Shown: positions 1 through 10,560, counted from the stretch's first letter. The stretch is DNA of 64,000 bases from a virus (IMGVR_UViG_3300021400_001310:40557-104556), one strand, 5' to 3'. Numbers and translations are program-made. Notes: generated from the sequence alone by a model not told the origin.

Positions 1-393
1 GATGGGGTTACATGGAATGTAATTAGTAATGACCTGTCTGATTACGCACTTATAACTGATGTTAATCAAAAATTTAACGATGCATACCAGCAAGCGATAA
101 GCTATGCTGACACCATTTTAAAAAATTATAAAACTGACATAGGGCAATATCTAAATTTCAATTCAAACACAGGATTAGTGCTCGGAGCAAAAAACAGCAA
201 CTTTAAAACAATTATAGATAATCAATATCTAAGATTTACAGAGTCTGATACAACAGTTGCCTATATAGGTAACAAACAGCTAAATATTCAAGAGGCAATA
301 GTTAGAGGGACATTTATTCTTGGGAATTTCGCTTTTAATCCACATAATAACGATGACGGATTTTCAATCTCATATAAGGGCACAATATCATAA
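1..393 (+). CDS. C-terminal part of a phage tail protein (5'-truncated by window)
   Basis: Frame is open from base 1 to TAA at 391-393; ends ...VAYIGNKQLNIQEAIVRGTFILGNFAF..., typical of siphophage tail/host-specificity protein C-termini. Confidence 0.65.
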   Translation, partial: DGVTWNVISNDLSDYALITDVNQKFNDAYQQAISYADTILKNYKTDIGQYLNFNSNTGLVLGAKNSNFKTIIDNQYLRFTESDTTVAYIGNKQLNIQEAIVRGTFILGNFAFNPHNNDDGFSISYKGTIS

Positions 394-408
394 ACAGGGG
401 GTGTTAAT

Positions 409-2559
409 ATAGCTTATATTTATAGTGCTGTAACTGCGCAAGGTTGGCAACTTCGGTTAGAATATAGCTCAACCCAGAATATCTCATCCAATAATTCAAC
501 TGTTAATTTAACATTGTCAGTATATAATAAATATACTTCGCATAATAAGAACAGCAATTCAGCTTATTATATATTTAAAGTAAGTTATCAGGAAAATAAT
601 CAAGAAAGTAAAACTTTTGCGACATACGACTTTAGTAAATCATCAAAAACTTGGCATAAATTAGGTTCAAGAACAATAACCGTTCCACATAAAGAAGACG
701 GAACACAAACCTTAAAATTAACTGGTACTTGGAGTAGCGGATTCGGCAGCTCAACATCTTACACTCCAGCAAGCATATCTCTCAGTGGTTCAATAACATT
801 ACCTACAATTCCAAGAGCTTCGTTGATTAGTAGTGCATCAAACATTACACTCGGAGAAACCTGTAATATTAAATGGACTCCTGCGAATAAAAATTTCAAA
901 TACAAATTAAAATTTACATTAGGTGCGAAAAGTATTACTACTGGTGATTATATTTTACCTAATACAACTAATTCATATACTTATCAAGAACAAATTCTTT
1001 CTGTTGATGATTTTGCTCCGCAAATCACTACTTCGACAAAAGGCACAATGACTGCATATTTATATACATATAACAGTAATGGCACTCAAGTAGGTTCTGC
1101 ACAATCAAAAACTTTCCAAGTAACTGTACCAAATACATTAAAACCAGAACTAACAATGGATTCAACTCCATGGGAATTTTCAAACACAACCGATTTCACA
1201 GACCGTTACGGAGAAATCGGTGTACGAGATATAAGCAAAATCAAATTCAATATGTTGGCTTCCGTTAAAGAAGGAGCCACTGTCGTCAAATATATTATCT
1301 CTGGTGATTACAATAAAACAATCGAGACTACAAATGAAACTTATTCACATACAATGGAGACACCAATAATCAAACCAGATAATGTAGCGGAAACTGCAAT
1401 AACATTTGATAATACATTTCAAATTAAAGTTGTTGATTCTCGTGGTTATGAATCTAACTCTGTTTCTGTAAAAACAGGTGAACAAGGGAAAAGTATTTAT
1501 AATTATCATAAGCCAAAAATAGATGTATTTCGGGGGACAAGGGATAAGAGTAATGTTTCGACTGTTGGCATGGTTTGGATGCTGAACTGGACATCAATTA
1601 GAATTAATAATGAAGAAAAAAATGTTCTTAATCTAAGTATTGATGAGGGTAGCACGAATATTTCCAAAGAATCAGGTTGTCACGCAATGGCTGGCAGTAA
1701 AAGCATATCTAATGTCACTAATTCACCACATACATATACACTTACAGTTGTTGATACTTTTGGTAATAGTGACTCGTGCCAAATACTAATTCCCTCCCCT
1801 CAAGTATTATTAGACTTCAAATCTGGCGGCACTTGTTTAGGCATTGGTAGGATGGTAGATTCATCCGATGACGGTCTTGTTGTTGCATTTGATTCAACTT
1901 TTGAAGGAGAATCGACATACTTCTATCCAAGATTAAAAACTACGAATAATGTAACATCTGTTGACACTTCATTTAAAACATCACTGCAAGAAATGCATAG
2001 GGCTTTATTCTACAAACCCGGAGAACAGGTAACATTGGAATATTACGGCGCTGGTTACCTTCTTAATAGTGGAAAAGTATTAAGATTTCAAATACCCCTG
2101 AGTAAAGCTACATCGTTTGTAGAGGATTGTACTATATCTATCAATACATTGAAATTAGTGGTGCGAGCGGAAAATAATTCGACAGGGACTCTTACAATAT
2201 ATAATAACGGAAGCAAAACTTCAGGATATACTGTGACGTCCCCGATTGTTGAATCGGAAGGATTTACTGGGTCAAAATATAAGAATGGGTTATCTTTCGA
2301 TGTAACTAAAACCAGCTCGTTTATCCAATCCGGAGCTACCGTAACTGGGGCGGGACTTTGGGTCGGAGTAATATTCACATTTGTTACCCCACAAGTTTCA
2401 ACCAATTCCGAAGATGAATTTTATGAAGATGAAACAGACCCGACTAACGGTGACGGTACAGAAAATAATTCAGGAGATTCGATTAACACAGAAAACAACG
2501 AAACAAATAATTCAGATAGTCAATCGACTACCGAAAATACTGAGGAAGAGAATCCTTAA
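409..2559 (+). CDS. Siphovirus minor tail/baseplate protein (DUF859-like)
   Basis: TITVPHKEDGTQ...LPTIPRAS motif, Thr/Ser-rich beta repeats, acidic tail; frame extends upstream of 514 to ATA at 409 behind SD GGGGGTG. Confidence 0.7.
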   Translation: MAYIYSAVTAQGWQLRLEYSSTQNISSNNSTVNLTLSVYNKYTSHNKNSNSAYYIFKVSYQENNQESKTFATYDFSKSSKTWHKLGSRTITVPHKEDGTQTLKLTGTWSSGFGSSTSYTPASISLSGSITLPTIPRASLISSASNITLGETCNIKWTPANKNFKYKLKFTLGAKSITTGDYILPNTTNSYTYQEQILSVDDFAPQITTSTKGTMTAYLYTYNSNGTQVGSAQSKTFQVTVPNTLKPELTMDSTPWEFSNTTDFTDRYGEIGVRDISKIKFNMLASVKEGATVVKYIISGDYNKTIETTNETYSHTMETPIIKPDNVAETAITFDNTFQIKVVDSRGYESNSVSVKTGEQGKSIYNYHKPKIDVFRGTRDKSNVSTVGMVWMLNWTSIRINNEEKNVLNLSIDEGSTNISKESGCHAMAGSKSISNVTNSPHTYTLTVVDTFGNSDSCQILIPSPQVLLDFKSGGTCLGIGRMVDSSDDGLVVAFDSTFEGESTYFYPRLKTTNNVTSVDTSFKTSLQEMHRALFYKPGEQVTLEYYGAGYLLNSGKVLRFQIPLSKATSFVEDCTISINTLKLVVRAENNSTGTLTIYNNGSKTSGYTVTSPIVESEGFTGSKYKNGLSFDVTKTSSFIQSGATVTGAGLWVGVIFTFVTPQVSTNSEDEFYEDETDPTNGDGTENNSGDSINTENNETNNSDSQSTTENTEEENP

Positions 2560-2584
2560 AATAAAAATCTCATTTTATTAAAAC

Positions 2585-2616
2585 AATAGGGACTGCCATT
2601 TAAGGCAGTCCCTATT
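2585..2616 (+). terminator. Hairpin between tail genes
   Basis: 13-bp inverted repeat AATAGGGACTGCC/GGCAGTCCCTATT. Confidence 0.55.
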
Positions 2617-2636
2617 GCAAAGGAGGAATATATACA

Positions 2637-3875
2637 ATGGATATGACTTTGTATGCACTGTTGAAGAAAATAATCAGAGACAGTGCAGTTACAGTTGATG
2701 ATACGGTAAGCGATGTAAGTATAAATCCTGTTCAGAACAAAGTTATTAAAGATTACATAGATTCTGAAGGCGAGCTGCTTGAATCAAACATAAATACAAT
2801 AAACTCAAAAATTCCAACACAAGCAAGTTCAGACAATCAGCTTGCAGATAAAGACTTTGTTAATTCGTCAATTTCGACAGCAACGGCGACATTTAGAGGA
2901 ACGTTTACAAATGTAGCGGAGTTGCAGGCAACAGATGGTGACAAAAACGATTATGCGTTTTATTCTCACACAGATAGCGCAGGTAATAGAATATTTGGAA
3001 GATATAAATATGTGGGTATCCCTGAAACGCGAGTACCCGAAGGATATACTGAATTATATTCAATAGGTCGGTCACGTAATTCAACGGGATATATAAATAC
3101 AGGCGTAACGATAAAAAGTAATTATAGTATTTACGCAAAAATAAATTTTACTGGAAATAACTATTATATATCACCAATTTTCTTTGGAGCAAAAGATTCT
3201 CAGGATAAAAGAATATTTTTGTATAGGGATAGAGACAAAAGCGATTTTCCACTTATATGTAATTCTATTTATCATCGTAACTTAACGTCTTATGCTAACG
3301 GTGAAAGAATATTTGAAATAAAAAATAACAAATATTACATAGATAATTCTTTTATAGCTTCAATAAATATTCCTGATATTGAAGACGGTACTCCTTGTTA
3401 TTTGTTTGGTATGAACTCCAACGGGGTCATTCAAACAACAAGTGGTACTAATGACGGAACGACTTTTTCAATTTGTGCGTTTAAGGTTTGGGATAACAAC
3501 GATAATTTAATTTTAGACCTTGTCCCTTGCAAAAATCAAGAAAATCGAGCAGGAATGTATGATGTTGTAAGCAATCAGTTTTTCAGCTCGCCAAATAACA
3601 TACTCTTTACTGAAACCCCTCTTTCAACCGATAAATGGGCTTATGAATACAGCTTAAACAATTCAAGCTTTACGTCTGAGCAGTGGGCGGCAGTAAATAG
3701 TGGATTGACTGACAAAATAACTAATGTTGGGTATAAATCAAATGCCACACAGGTTTTAAAAAACGTTAATGGCACATTACAATGGACTGATTCTGAGTCC
3801 GATGGCACGGTTGCCGCAGTTAAATCAGTTTATGAAAATTTCTATATAGGAGATGATAATAATGGCAACACTTGA
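2637..3875 (+). CDS. Tail fibre/receptor-binding-type protein
   Basis: SINPVQNKVI motif, GYINTGV...LDLVPC...GMYDVVS lectin-like module, tail cluster position. Confidence 0.6.
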   Translation: MDMTLYALLKKIIRDSAVTVDDTVSDVSINPVQNKVIKDYIDSEGELLESNINTINSKIPTQASSDNQLADKDFVNSSISTATATFRGTFTNVAELQATDGDKNDYAFYSHTDSAGNRIFGRYKYVGIPETRVPEGYTELYSIGRSRNSTGYINTGVTIKSNYSIYAKINFTGNNYYISPIFFGAKDSQDKRIFLYRDRDKSDFPLICNSIYHRNLTSYANGERIFEIKNNKYYIDNSFIASINIPDIEDGTPCYLFGMNSNGVIQTTSGTNDGTTFSICAFKVWDNNDNLILDLVPCKNQENRAGMYDVVSNQFFSSPNNILFTETPLSTDKWAYEYSLNNSSFTSEQWAAVNSGLTDKITNVGYKSNATQVLKNVNGTLQWTDSESDGTVAAVKSVYENFYIGDDNNGNT

Positions 3876-5082
3876 ACAGATAGCACAGGCTCAGACCAAT
3901 TTCCTCGGTGAGCTTAAAAATAATCTCGATATGGTTGTTTCAGCCGCAAACAGGGTTTACAGCTACACTCATGAAGCAATCGTAACAGACGACCTTGAAA
4001 AAGACTATCAGGATATAATCACGGCAAATCCCGACCTTGCAAACGTTTCCGCCGTAGGTCTGCTGGCGATTCTTAAAGACGGCGACACGGTTACAACTCA
4101 TGGCAACCGTATGTTTATCAACGGCATTGAGGAACAGACAGATTACTCTTTCAGCGGCGAAAATTCTCAAAATGGAATCGAATTTATAAAAGTATGGTAT
4201 TTTGAGAATGAAGAGCCAATCACATTACAAGGTGATTGTCCGTTTGATATTTCAGTCTTAGAGTATAAAGTAAAAACAAATGCGCCAAATATGTCAGAAT
4301 CTTACAAATCTGCTCAGACTGTAATAAGTGATGGTAATTATAATATTAGTGGTAATTGCATAAAAAATATGGTTTTTAAGAATAATGATAGCTCAAATGT
4401 TATTGAAAATATTATGGATTTTTATAGCGAGCAAGAGCATATTTCATCCAATCGAAACATATTTGGACTAAACAAGCCAATTAGCAATATTATATTACCT
4501 AATGTAGAGTCGATTTCAAATGGTTGGGTTGATGATGGTATGTTCAAATCCTGTAAAGCAAATATATATTTTCCAAAACTTAAAAGTGTTTCGGGGATAT
4601 CGACATATACTAAATGTGCTTTTGTAGACAACGGAGTAATGACTATAATTTTACCAATAACGGTAGAACGTATTGGTATATATAGTTTTTCTGGTAATTT
4701 TAAGTTATTAAGATTAGACTGTAAAGATGCCAAGGTAATAAATGACAACTGGTGTATTAATGCGCAATCAAATTTTCAGATGTGCGATGATTGGGGCGCA
4801 TCAATAAACATTAAAACAGCGGCGGCTAAATGGACAACGCAGAACTTCATCGACCTTTTATCTAATAAAGACCGATTAAGAAATGTTGGTTTTGATATTG
4901 CTGACAATAATGGCGATGCAGACTATGATTCTGCAACTGGTAAATATGTTATAAATCTTGAAAAAACTGGAGCCTATCAAACGAAAAGATATATTACTAT
5001 ACCACAAAGCATGCTGTCGTCTTTGGATTCAGAAACACTTGATGTGGCGTTCCAAAAAGGTTGGAAAGTTCAAGGAGGTTAA
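3853..5082 (+). CDS. Tail-associated protein with BspA/LRR-like segments
   Basis: IILPNVESI, IYFPKLKSV, IILPITVERIG repeats; ends KGWKV. Confidence 0.5.
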   Translation: MIIMATLEQIAQAQTNFLGELKNNLDMVVSAANRVYSYTHEAIVTDDLEKDYQDIITANPDLANVSAVGLLAILKDGDTVTTHGNRMFINGIEEQTDYSFSGENSQNGIEFIKVWYFENEEPITLQGDCPFDISVLEYKVKTNAPNMSESYKSAQTVISDGNYNISGNCIKNMVFKNNDSSNVIENIMDFYSEQEHISSNRNIFGLNKPISNIILPNVESISNGWVDDGMFKSCKANIYFPKLKSVSGISTYTKCAFVDNGVMTIILPITVERIGIYSFSGNFKLLRLDCKDAKVINDNWCINAQSNFQMCDDWGASINIKTAAAKWTTQNFIDLLSNKDRLRNVGFDIADNNGDADYDSATGKYVINLEKTGAYQTKRYITIPQSMLSSLDSETLDVAFQKGWKVQGG

Positions 5083-5084
5083 TT

Positions 5085-5375
5085 ATGAATTATCACGAGT
5101 TAAACGAACTTTTTTATCAAACAAATGATGGATTTGTTTTTAAAGACAAACGCAATCATTCTATTTGTACTACAATTTTAAAAGCATTTGTTAAAGGTTA
5201 TGACTGTATCCCTGCTCCTGAGCCGCAACCTGAGCCGCAACCAGAACCAGAACCTGCTTCTCTTGAAGAAAGAGTTCAAAAGCTTGAAGAGGACAAAGAA
5301 CCTCTGGAAGCTCAAGTTACGTTCACAGCAGTAATGACAGACACTTTACTTGACGAAGAAGAGGATGAAGAATAA
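5085..5375 (+). CDS. Small tail-fibre assembly-type protein with PEPQ linker
   Basis: ATG at 5085 behind GGAGG; PEPQPEPQPEPEP then SLEERVQKLE. Confidence 0.5.
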   Translation: MNYHELNELFYQTNDGFVFKDKRNHSICTTILKAFVKGYDCIPAPEPQPEPQPEPEPASLEERVQKLEEDKEPLEAQVTFTAVMTDTLLDEEEDEE

Positions 5376-5512
5376 TGAGAGCTATTGTTCGTAAATTTAG
5401 AAACTGGTTTTTAAAAGGTATTTATCACCTTGTAGATATTCAAAAACTTTATGATAACGGTAAGATTACCGCTGAGGAATTTGAGTATATTACCGGTGAG
5501 CCAGTAGAATAA
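5375..5512 (+). CDS. XkdX-like small protein (45 aa, not in ORF track)
   Basis: MRAIVRKFRNWFLKGIY...GKITAEEFEYITGE matches the XkdX pattern. Confidence 0.7.
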   Translation: MRAIVRKFRNWFLKGIYHLVDIQKLYDNGKITAEEFEYITGEPVE

Positions 5513-5534
5513 AAATGAGAAAGAAAGGAATATT

Positions 5535-5723
5535 ATGGACAAACCTATATCAATTTTAAGAGCGGACTTCATTAACGATTTCCGCTCTTTAATTAATGAG
5601 AGTAATTTATCTCCTTATATTATAGAGCCTATATTAGATAAGGCATTACAGGATATAAGGAGTTTAATAAATCAGCAATACGAACATGATTTAAAAATTT
5701 ATCAAGAAGAACATAATAAATAG
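5535..5723 (+). CDS. Hypothetical protein
   Basis: ORF with SD, operon context. Confidence 0.5.
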   Translation: MDKPISILRADFINDFRSLINESNLSPYIIEPILDKALQDIRSLINQQYEHDLKIYQEEHNK

Positions 5724-5746
5724 TCTGTCATAAATAAGGAGGCAGT

Positions 5747-5941
5747 ATGTACGAATTAATAAAAAGAAGCGATAGACAAAACAGTGAAACGCATGAGTAT
5801 TATTGCGATACAACAAGTGATTTACAGAATATAGACGTTTCAAAAGTTCCTATGGGGAGCGTGGCATTTATTATTAACCCTTCTGATAATGAAGAGAAAC
5901 TTTATATGCTCACATCGGACAAGCAATGGATTGCACAATGA
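5747..5941 (+). CDS. Hypothetical protein
   Basis: ORF with AGGAGG SD. Confidence 0.55.
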   Translation: MYELIKRSDRQNSETHEYYCDTTSDLQNIDVSKVPMGSVAFIINPSDNEEKLYMLTSDKQWIAQ

Positions 5942-6071
5942 TTTTCTAAATAGTCTTTATGAAGGGTGTGATAAAAATGTTTGTAGCTTTATTATATAAT
6001 ATTGCAAATTTAGTAGGGCTATATAGCTGTTTTGCAGCAGTTACAATAGCCAAGCTCACTGGGGCGATCTC

Positions 6072-6407
6072 ATGAAAGATTTTATTATTAAATACTGGCT
6101 TGAGGTGCTATTCGGTATAGTTGTAATGCTATTAACGGCAGCAGTCAAGCAACTTTTTAAAAAATTAAAAGAAGAAAAAGAAGATTATGAATCAATTAAA
6201 TATGGCATGCTTTCTTTGCTTCGTGCAGAACTAATAAGAAGCGGTGAAAAGTATCTTGAACAAGGATGGATTTCAATTTATGCGAGAGAGGCTTTTGAAA
6301 AAGCGTATAGCGCATATCACGGTCTTGGGGGAAATGGTACAATAACAAAATTATATGAAGATGTTATGGAGCTTCCTATTATAAATCCGTCGAAGAAAGA
6401 AGGCTAA
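6072..6407 (+). CDS. Holin-like membrane protein
   Basis: N-terminal TM helix, YHGLGGNG motif, precedes endolysin. Confidence 0.65.
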   Translation: MKDFIIKYWLEVLFGIVVMLLTAAVKQLFKKLKEEKEDYESIKYGMLSLLRAELIRSGEKYLEQGWISIYAREAFEKAYSAYHGLGGNGTITKLYEDVMELPIINPSKKEG

Positions 6408-6475
6408 CAATTAAATATCGTTATAAAAAAAGGGACTGTGGCAAACAGTCCCTCGTTGCATTTAAGGAGGATTTT

Positions 6476-7315
6476 ATGGGTAATAATTATGCAATATATC
6501 CATTTAAAAATTTGAGAATTACACAAACATACAGTGGAGCCACTTCACATAAACCACATACTACAGGTTCGCCGAAAGATTATCCTGTAGACGAAGGTGG
6601 ATTAAATACAGGTAAAGAATCTTGTTTTTGTCCGTGTGATGAGATAGTTGTAATAAGAGTATACGGAGTAGGTAATCGTGGCGTAAATACAATATTCTGG
6701 GAATCTACGACACCTTGCAGTCTTGCAGATGGTACTACAGATTATTTATGTGGTATGTTTACACATACTGTAGATTCTGATTTGAAAGGTATTAAAGCTG
6801 GTACAAAATTCAAGAGAGGTCAGATCGTTTGTAAGGAAGGAACCGACGGTGGTGTCGGCATGCACTTACATATGAGTTTCGGCAAAGGTAAACTTACTGG
6901 TAACGGTTGGACTTGCAATACAAAAGGTAAGTATGTTCTGACCTGTACACATGGCACTTTTAAGCCAGAGCAATTATTATATATTGATGATAAATTTACC
7001 ACAGTCAAAGATACCAAAGGCTTAAAATTTAAAACAATACCCAAGACACCTGCTACTACAGGATATAAGCTTGGAGAATATAAGGTTAATACGGCATTAC
7101 TTAGAGTACGTAAAGGTGCAGGCACTCTTTATGGTAAGAAAACATTCAACCAATTGACAGCCAATGCTCAGGTTCAGATTAAAAAGCTTAATAACGGGAA
7201 ACCTGCAGATGGATTAGTTAAAGGATGCACTTGTACAGTAACTAAAGTATCAAATAAAAACTGGGGAAAAATCCCCTCTGGTTGGATTTGTTTAGACTAT
7301 TGCAAGAAGGTGTGA
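6476..7315 (+). CDS. Endolysin (M23-like peptidase plus C-terminal SH3b)
   Basis: H...D and HLH zinc motifs; LRVRKGAG...WGKIPSGWICLDY. Confidence 0.8.
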   Translation: MGNNYAIYPFKNLRITQTYSGATSHKPHTTGSPKDYPVDEGGLNTGKESCFCPCDEIVVIRVYGVGNRGVNTIFWESTTPCSLADGTTDYLCGMFTHTVDSDLKGIKAGTKFKRGQIVCKEGTDGGVGMHLHMSFGKGKLTGNGWTCNTKGKYVLTCTHGTFKPEQLLYIDDKFTTVKDTKGLKFKTIPKTPATTGYKLGEYKVNTALLRVRKGAGTLYGKKTFNQLTANAQVQIKKLNNGKPADGLVKGCTCTVTKVSNKNWGKIPSGWICLDYCKKV

Positions 7316-7319
7316 TTTT

Positions 7320-7694
7320 ATGAAGAAGTTTCTTAACAGATTTAAACGCTTATTTAAAACTAAAAAGCGTGAGTTTTCAAAAGGAATTTGTGCGGTAACA
7401 GTAGCAGTATTTACTATTGTTGCACTATTCTCAATAATAGATTTTCATAGACTGCAAACATTGGCAATAGAAATGAATGCCGCAAGTATGCCAACCCCAG
7501 AGGTTCCCGTTAGACTGATTGAATGTGTAGTAGTGGTCATACTTGGATATTGCGGATACCAGCTTGGACTCAAAGGTAGTCGTAATCGATACGGAATTGA
7601 CGAGACAGGAGTACCTTATTCTGAGCGTATTAAAGAAATATATGAATCAATTAAAAATGAAAACAACGAAAGTGAGGATGAAATAAGTGGATAA
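7320..7694 (+). CDS. Two-TM membrane protein of lysis cassette
   Basis: Two hydrophobic segments. Confidence 0.55.
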   Translation: MKKFLNRFKRLFKTKKREFSKGICAVTVAVFTIVALFSIIDFHRLQTLAIEMNAASMPTPEVPVRLIECVVVVILGYCGYQLGLKGSRNRYGIDETGVPYSERIKEIYESIKNENNESEDEISG

Positions 7695-8022
7695 AACTAC
7701 GATTTTATTAATTGTTGAAGCGGTCGCTTTACTGGTCGCATTTCTGATTAGCAAATTTTTACCTGTAACAAAACTGGAAGTTTTAGATACAGGCTTAGAA
7801 TCAACTTCCAATATTGTCCAAGAAATTGCACAGTGGGCAGTATTCTTTGTCCACTATGCTCGTCAGCATTTAAAAGAACTGAACGGTTCGGATAAGATGA
7901 AATATGTTGTTGAACAGCTCGGCAAGATACTAAGTCAGCAAGATCAGAGTATGTCCGAAGAGCAGATTACGGCGATAGCTCAAAAGGCGTATGATGATAT
8001 GAAGGCAGAAAATAAAGAATAA
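7687..8022 (+). CDS. Holin (LL-H-like)
   Basis: N-terminal TM, GSDKMKYV...EEQITAIAQKAYDDM. Confidence 0.6.
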   Translation: MDKTTILLIVEAVALLVAFLISKFLPVTKLEVLDTGLESTSNIVQEIAQWAVFFVHYARQHLKELNGSDKMKYVVEQLGKILSQQDQSMSEEQITAIAQKAYDDMKAENKE

Positions 8023-8029
8023 AATAGTT

Positions 8030-8061
8030 TAGGCGAAGCAATTAAGCTTCGCCTATTTTTT
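8030..8061 (+). terminator. Rho-independent terminator ending late operon
   Basis: TAGGCGAAGC/GCTTCGCCTA hairpin plus T run. Confidence 0.8.
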
Positions 8062-8179
8062 CTGATTTCCACTTTATACATTCTTTCATATAACTAATAT
8101 TTTAATTGTATTAAAGAATATATAAAATAACGTTTTGATTGATTGTTTTAGGTTTTAATTTTTAAGATTTACTAATGAT

Positions 8180-8557
8180 TTTCTAACACATTTTTGCAGA
8201 GACTTTCTAACACTTTTCTAACAAAAATGCAAGCTTTCTGCAAAGCTATAAAAATTTAAGGCTTTTTTATCTGCATTTTCACCAAATTTTAAGCGTCGAT
8301 TAAACGATTTGATGTTAAGAATGACTAAAAAATACTGCTTAAAAAATAGGACATATTTCTCCAAAACCGCGTGCCGAGGGTTCAAGTCCTTCTGCCCCTG
8401 CCATAAAAAGCCTTGAAAACTAAGGGTTTTCGAGGTTTTTTTATTTGCTTTCTAACAGCTTAAAAGTACCTTTCTAACACTTTTCTAACACAATTTCGCA
8501 GTATTATTATTTTTCTTCTAACGTTTTCTAACACTTTCTAACAAAAACTTTCTAACA
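8180..8557 (+). repeat. Integrase arm-type direct repeats TTTCTAACA flanking attP core
   Basis: Copies at 8180, 8204, 8215 (left) and 8449, 8471, 8482, 8525, 8535, 8549 plus a variant near 8516 (right). Confidence 0.8.
8358..8403 (+). mobile_element. attP core: 3' half of tRNA-Trp(CCA)
   Basis: TCTCCAAAACCGCGTGCCGAGGGTTCAAGTCCTTCTGCCCCTGCCA gives anticodon loop, T arm, acceptor strand and CCA with no 5' half; adjacent to integrase. Confidence 0.85.
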
Positions 8558-8559
8558 GA

Positions 8560-9696
8560 TTACTTAATCTCAATCATTTCGTCTATAGCAGATGCTACCT
8601 TTTTTTGTCTTTCAGCATTTGTATGGGCGTAGAAATTGAATGTTGTAGTCGGACTGCTGTGCCCTAACCAGTCAGCAATACTTACTATAGGAACATTTTC
8701 TGCACACAAATTACTTGCCGTACTGTGACGTAAGTCATGGAATCTTACAACAGGGAGACTACTGTTAACCAAAATTTTATGGAACTGCTTCGTTAAATAA
8801 TTTGGAAGAATTACTCGCCCGTCAGCCCATGTGCAAACATAATCTGATTTAATATAATGATCTCCCATTATCTTTGAACGTTCCTCTTGTTGCGCCTTCT
8901 GTTCCTTAAGAATCTTATAAGCGCTTTTGGTTAATGGCAATGTTCTATAACTACTTTCATTCTTTGGTAAGTCGGTATAACTACCTCCAGTATTTTGCTG
9001 CAATGTTTCTGAAATAGTTATAGTTCTTTTTTTAAAATCTATGCTACCCCATTTTAATCCCAAAACCTCACTTCGTCTAAAGCCATAGATAGAACATAAC
9101 TGAACTGGTAATTCAATTACGCTGCCTTTCATAACGATTAATAGTTGCTCAAGTTGTTTGGGTGTAAGAAAATTAGCCTTGAATTTATCTGGTTTTGGTG
9201 GTCTGGCGGCAAATGCTGGATTAGAACTAATCAGCCCAGAGTGAACTGCATCTGACAACGCCTTGCTTATGTTTTGATGATGATGCTTGACAGAGGATTT
9301 AGATAAACCACTTTTTACCATTGAATCATAATATGCTTCCAAATTAATTGGACATAACTGCTGGAGCTTGGTTTTGTTATCCCTAAAGTACGGAATTATA
9401 TGTTTCTCCATATTGCCTTTATATCCACGATAAGTATTCGGTCTTACCTTATCTTTAATCTCGGTCAACCAGAGTTCAAAATAATCAGCCACAAAAATAT
9501 CTATCCCATTATCATCGGTGTTTTGGGAGTATTTTATGATCTGTTGTTCTAAAAACTTCTCTGCTTTCTTTTTGTTTCCTCTAACCGGCAAGCCACTATT
9601 AATCCATTTCTGTTTACGATTTCCTCTAACATCCTGTAAGTTTAACACGGCATAAAACACGCCGCTTTTAGCTTGTACGCTTCCTGTAATAGCCAA
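8560..9696 (-). CDS. int: Tyrosine integrase
   Basis: GFRRSEVLGL, RFHDLRH, LGHS, FYAH catalytic motifs. Confidence 0.95.
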   Translation of the reverse strand: MAITGSVQAKSGVFYAVLNLQDVRGNRKQKWINSGLPVRGNKKKAEKFLEQQIIKYSQNTDDNGIDIFVADYFELWLTEIKDKVRPNTYRGYKGNMEKHIIPYFRDNKTKLQQLCPINLEAYYDSMVKSGLSKSSVKHHHQNISKALSDAVHSGLISSNPAFAARPPKPDKFKANFLTPKQLEQLLIVMKGSVIELPVQLCSIYGFRRSEVLGLKWGSIDFKKRTITISETLQQNTGGSYTDLPKNESSYRTLPLTKSAYKILKEQKAQQEERSKIMGDHYIKSDYVCTWADGRVILPNYLTKQFHKILVNSSLPVVRFHDLRHSTASNLCAENVPIVSIADWLGHSSPTTTFNFYAHTNAERQKKVASAIDEMIEIK

Positions 9697-9786
9697 TTAA
9701 TACTTCTCCTTTCGTGGCTAAAACAATCAATCAAACGTAGGTATATTATATCATACCTTATGTATTCATTTTTTCGCAATAAGAAA

Positions 9787-9972
9787 TTACGCTTTATTCT
9801 CTGCACTATTCAAAAAATTAATTACATATTGTTTCGGTACAATATATTTTTTACCTACTTTGATCGACTTTATTATTTCATTTTTTAATAGAGTATAAAC
9901 TGTATTCTTTCCAAGTCTTAGCATTTGCTGAATTTCTTCCACACTAACTACGTCTGGATATTCTTGAAACAT
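9787..9972 (-). CDS. xis: Excisionase (HTH_17)
   Basis: YPDVVSVEEIQQMLRLGKNTVYTLL...IKVGKKYIVPK next to integrase. Confidence 0.8.
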   Translation of the reverse strand: MFQEYPDVVSVEEIQQMLRLGKNTVYTLLKNEIIKSIKVGKKYIVPKQYVINFLNSAENKA

Positions 9973-10023
9973 TATTACACCTCTTTAATCGTTTTATAGG
10001 GCGGATTAACCGCCCTATTTTTT

Positions 10024-10560
10024 TTATTTGTTTTTCTTTAATATCTGTAAAACATCATTTACGACATTATCGTATCCTTGTTGGTTGCCTTGAAGTAGCT
10101 TATAATCTATATGGAATTTCTCTAAAAGATAATACATAGAGTTTTCAATCTTCTGAGCTTCCTTTTCAGTATGCATCCTTCCAATGGGATTATACGGTTT
10201 ATCTCTTCTAACAAAGTAATTTATATTATCATATGTATTGAACGTTTTAAGAACAAATGAAACTAATTCTTCCTGAACGTTCATATCTGGATTATATACG
10301 ATTGAAAGCGGCAACGGAGAGTCGGTTATTATCACATCGACATCATCTTTACAACGAGATAATCTGTATGACTGTTCTCCAAATATATACGCTTGGTTTT
10401 GAAATGGAGCCTCAGCCTTTTCCCAAGTTTTGTCTTTTGCAAACTCTGTTACCAGTTCGGCATTGATTCCTGCCATTTTTAATTTCGCAAAAATATATGC
10501 AGCTCCCGTTGACTTGCCAGCACCGGGAGCACCGAATAGATTTACAACTAAAGTGCTAAT
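10024..10560 (-). CDS. AAA_28/NadR-like P-loop kinase
   Basis: Frame extends above 10476 to include VVNLFGAPGAGKST (Walker A); ITDSPL motif; likely ATT start at 10560. Confidence 0.75.
   Translation of the reverse strand: MSTLVVNLFGAPGAGKSTGAAYIFAKLKMAGINAELVTEFAKDKTWEKAEAPFQNQAYIFGEQSYRLSRCKDDVDVIITDSPLPLSIVYNPDMNVQEELVSFVLKTFNTYDNINYFVRRDKPYNPIGRMHTEKEAQKIENSMYYLLEKFHIDYKLLQGNQQGYDNVVNDVLQILKKNK

Noticed and set aside
8358-8403. Functional tRNA-Trp
   Set aside because: The 5' half is absent; interpreted as the attP core.
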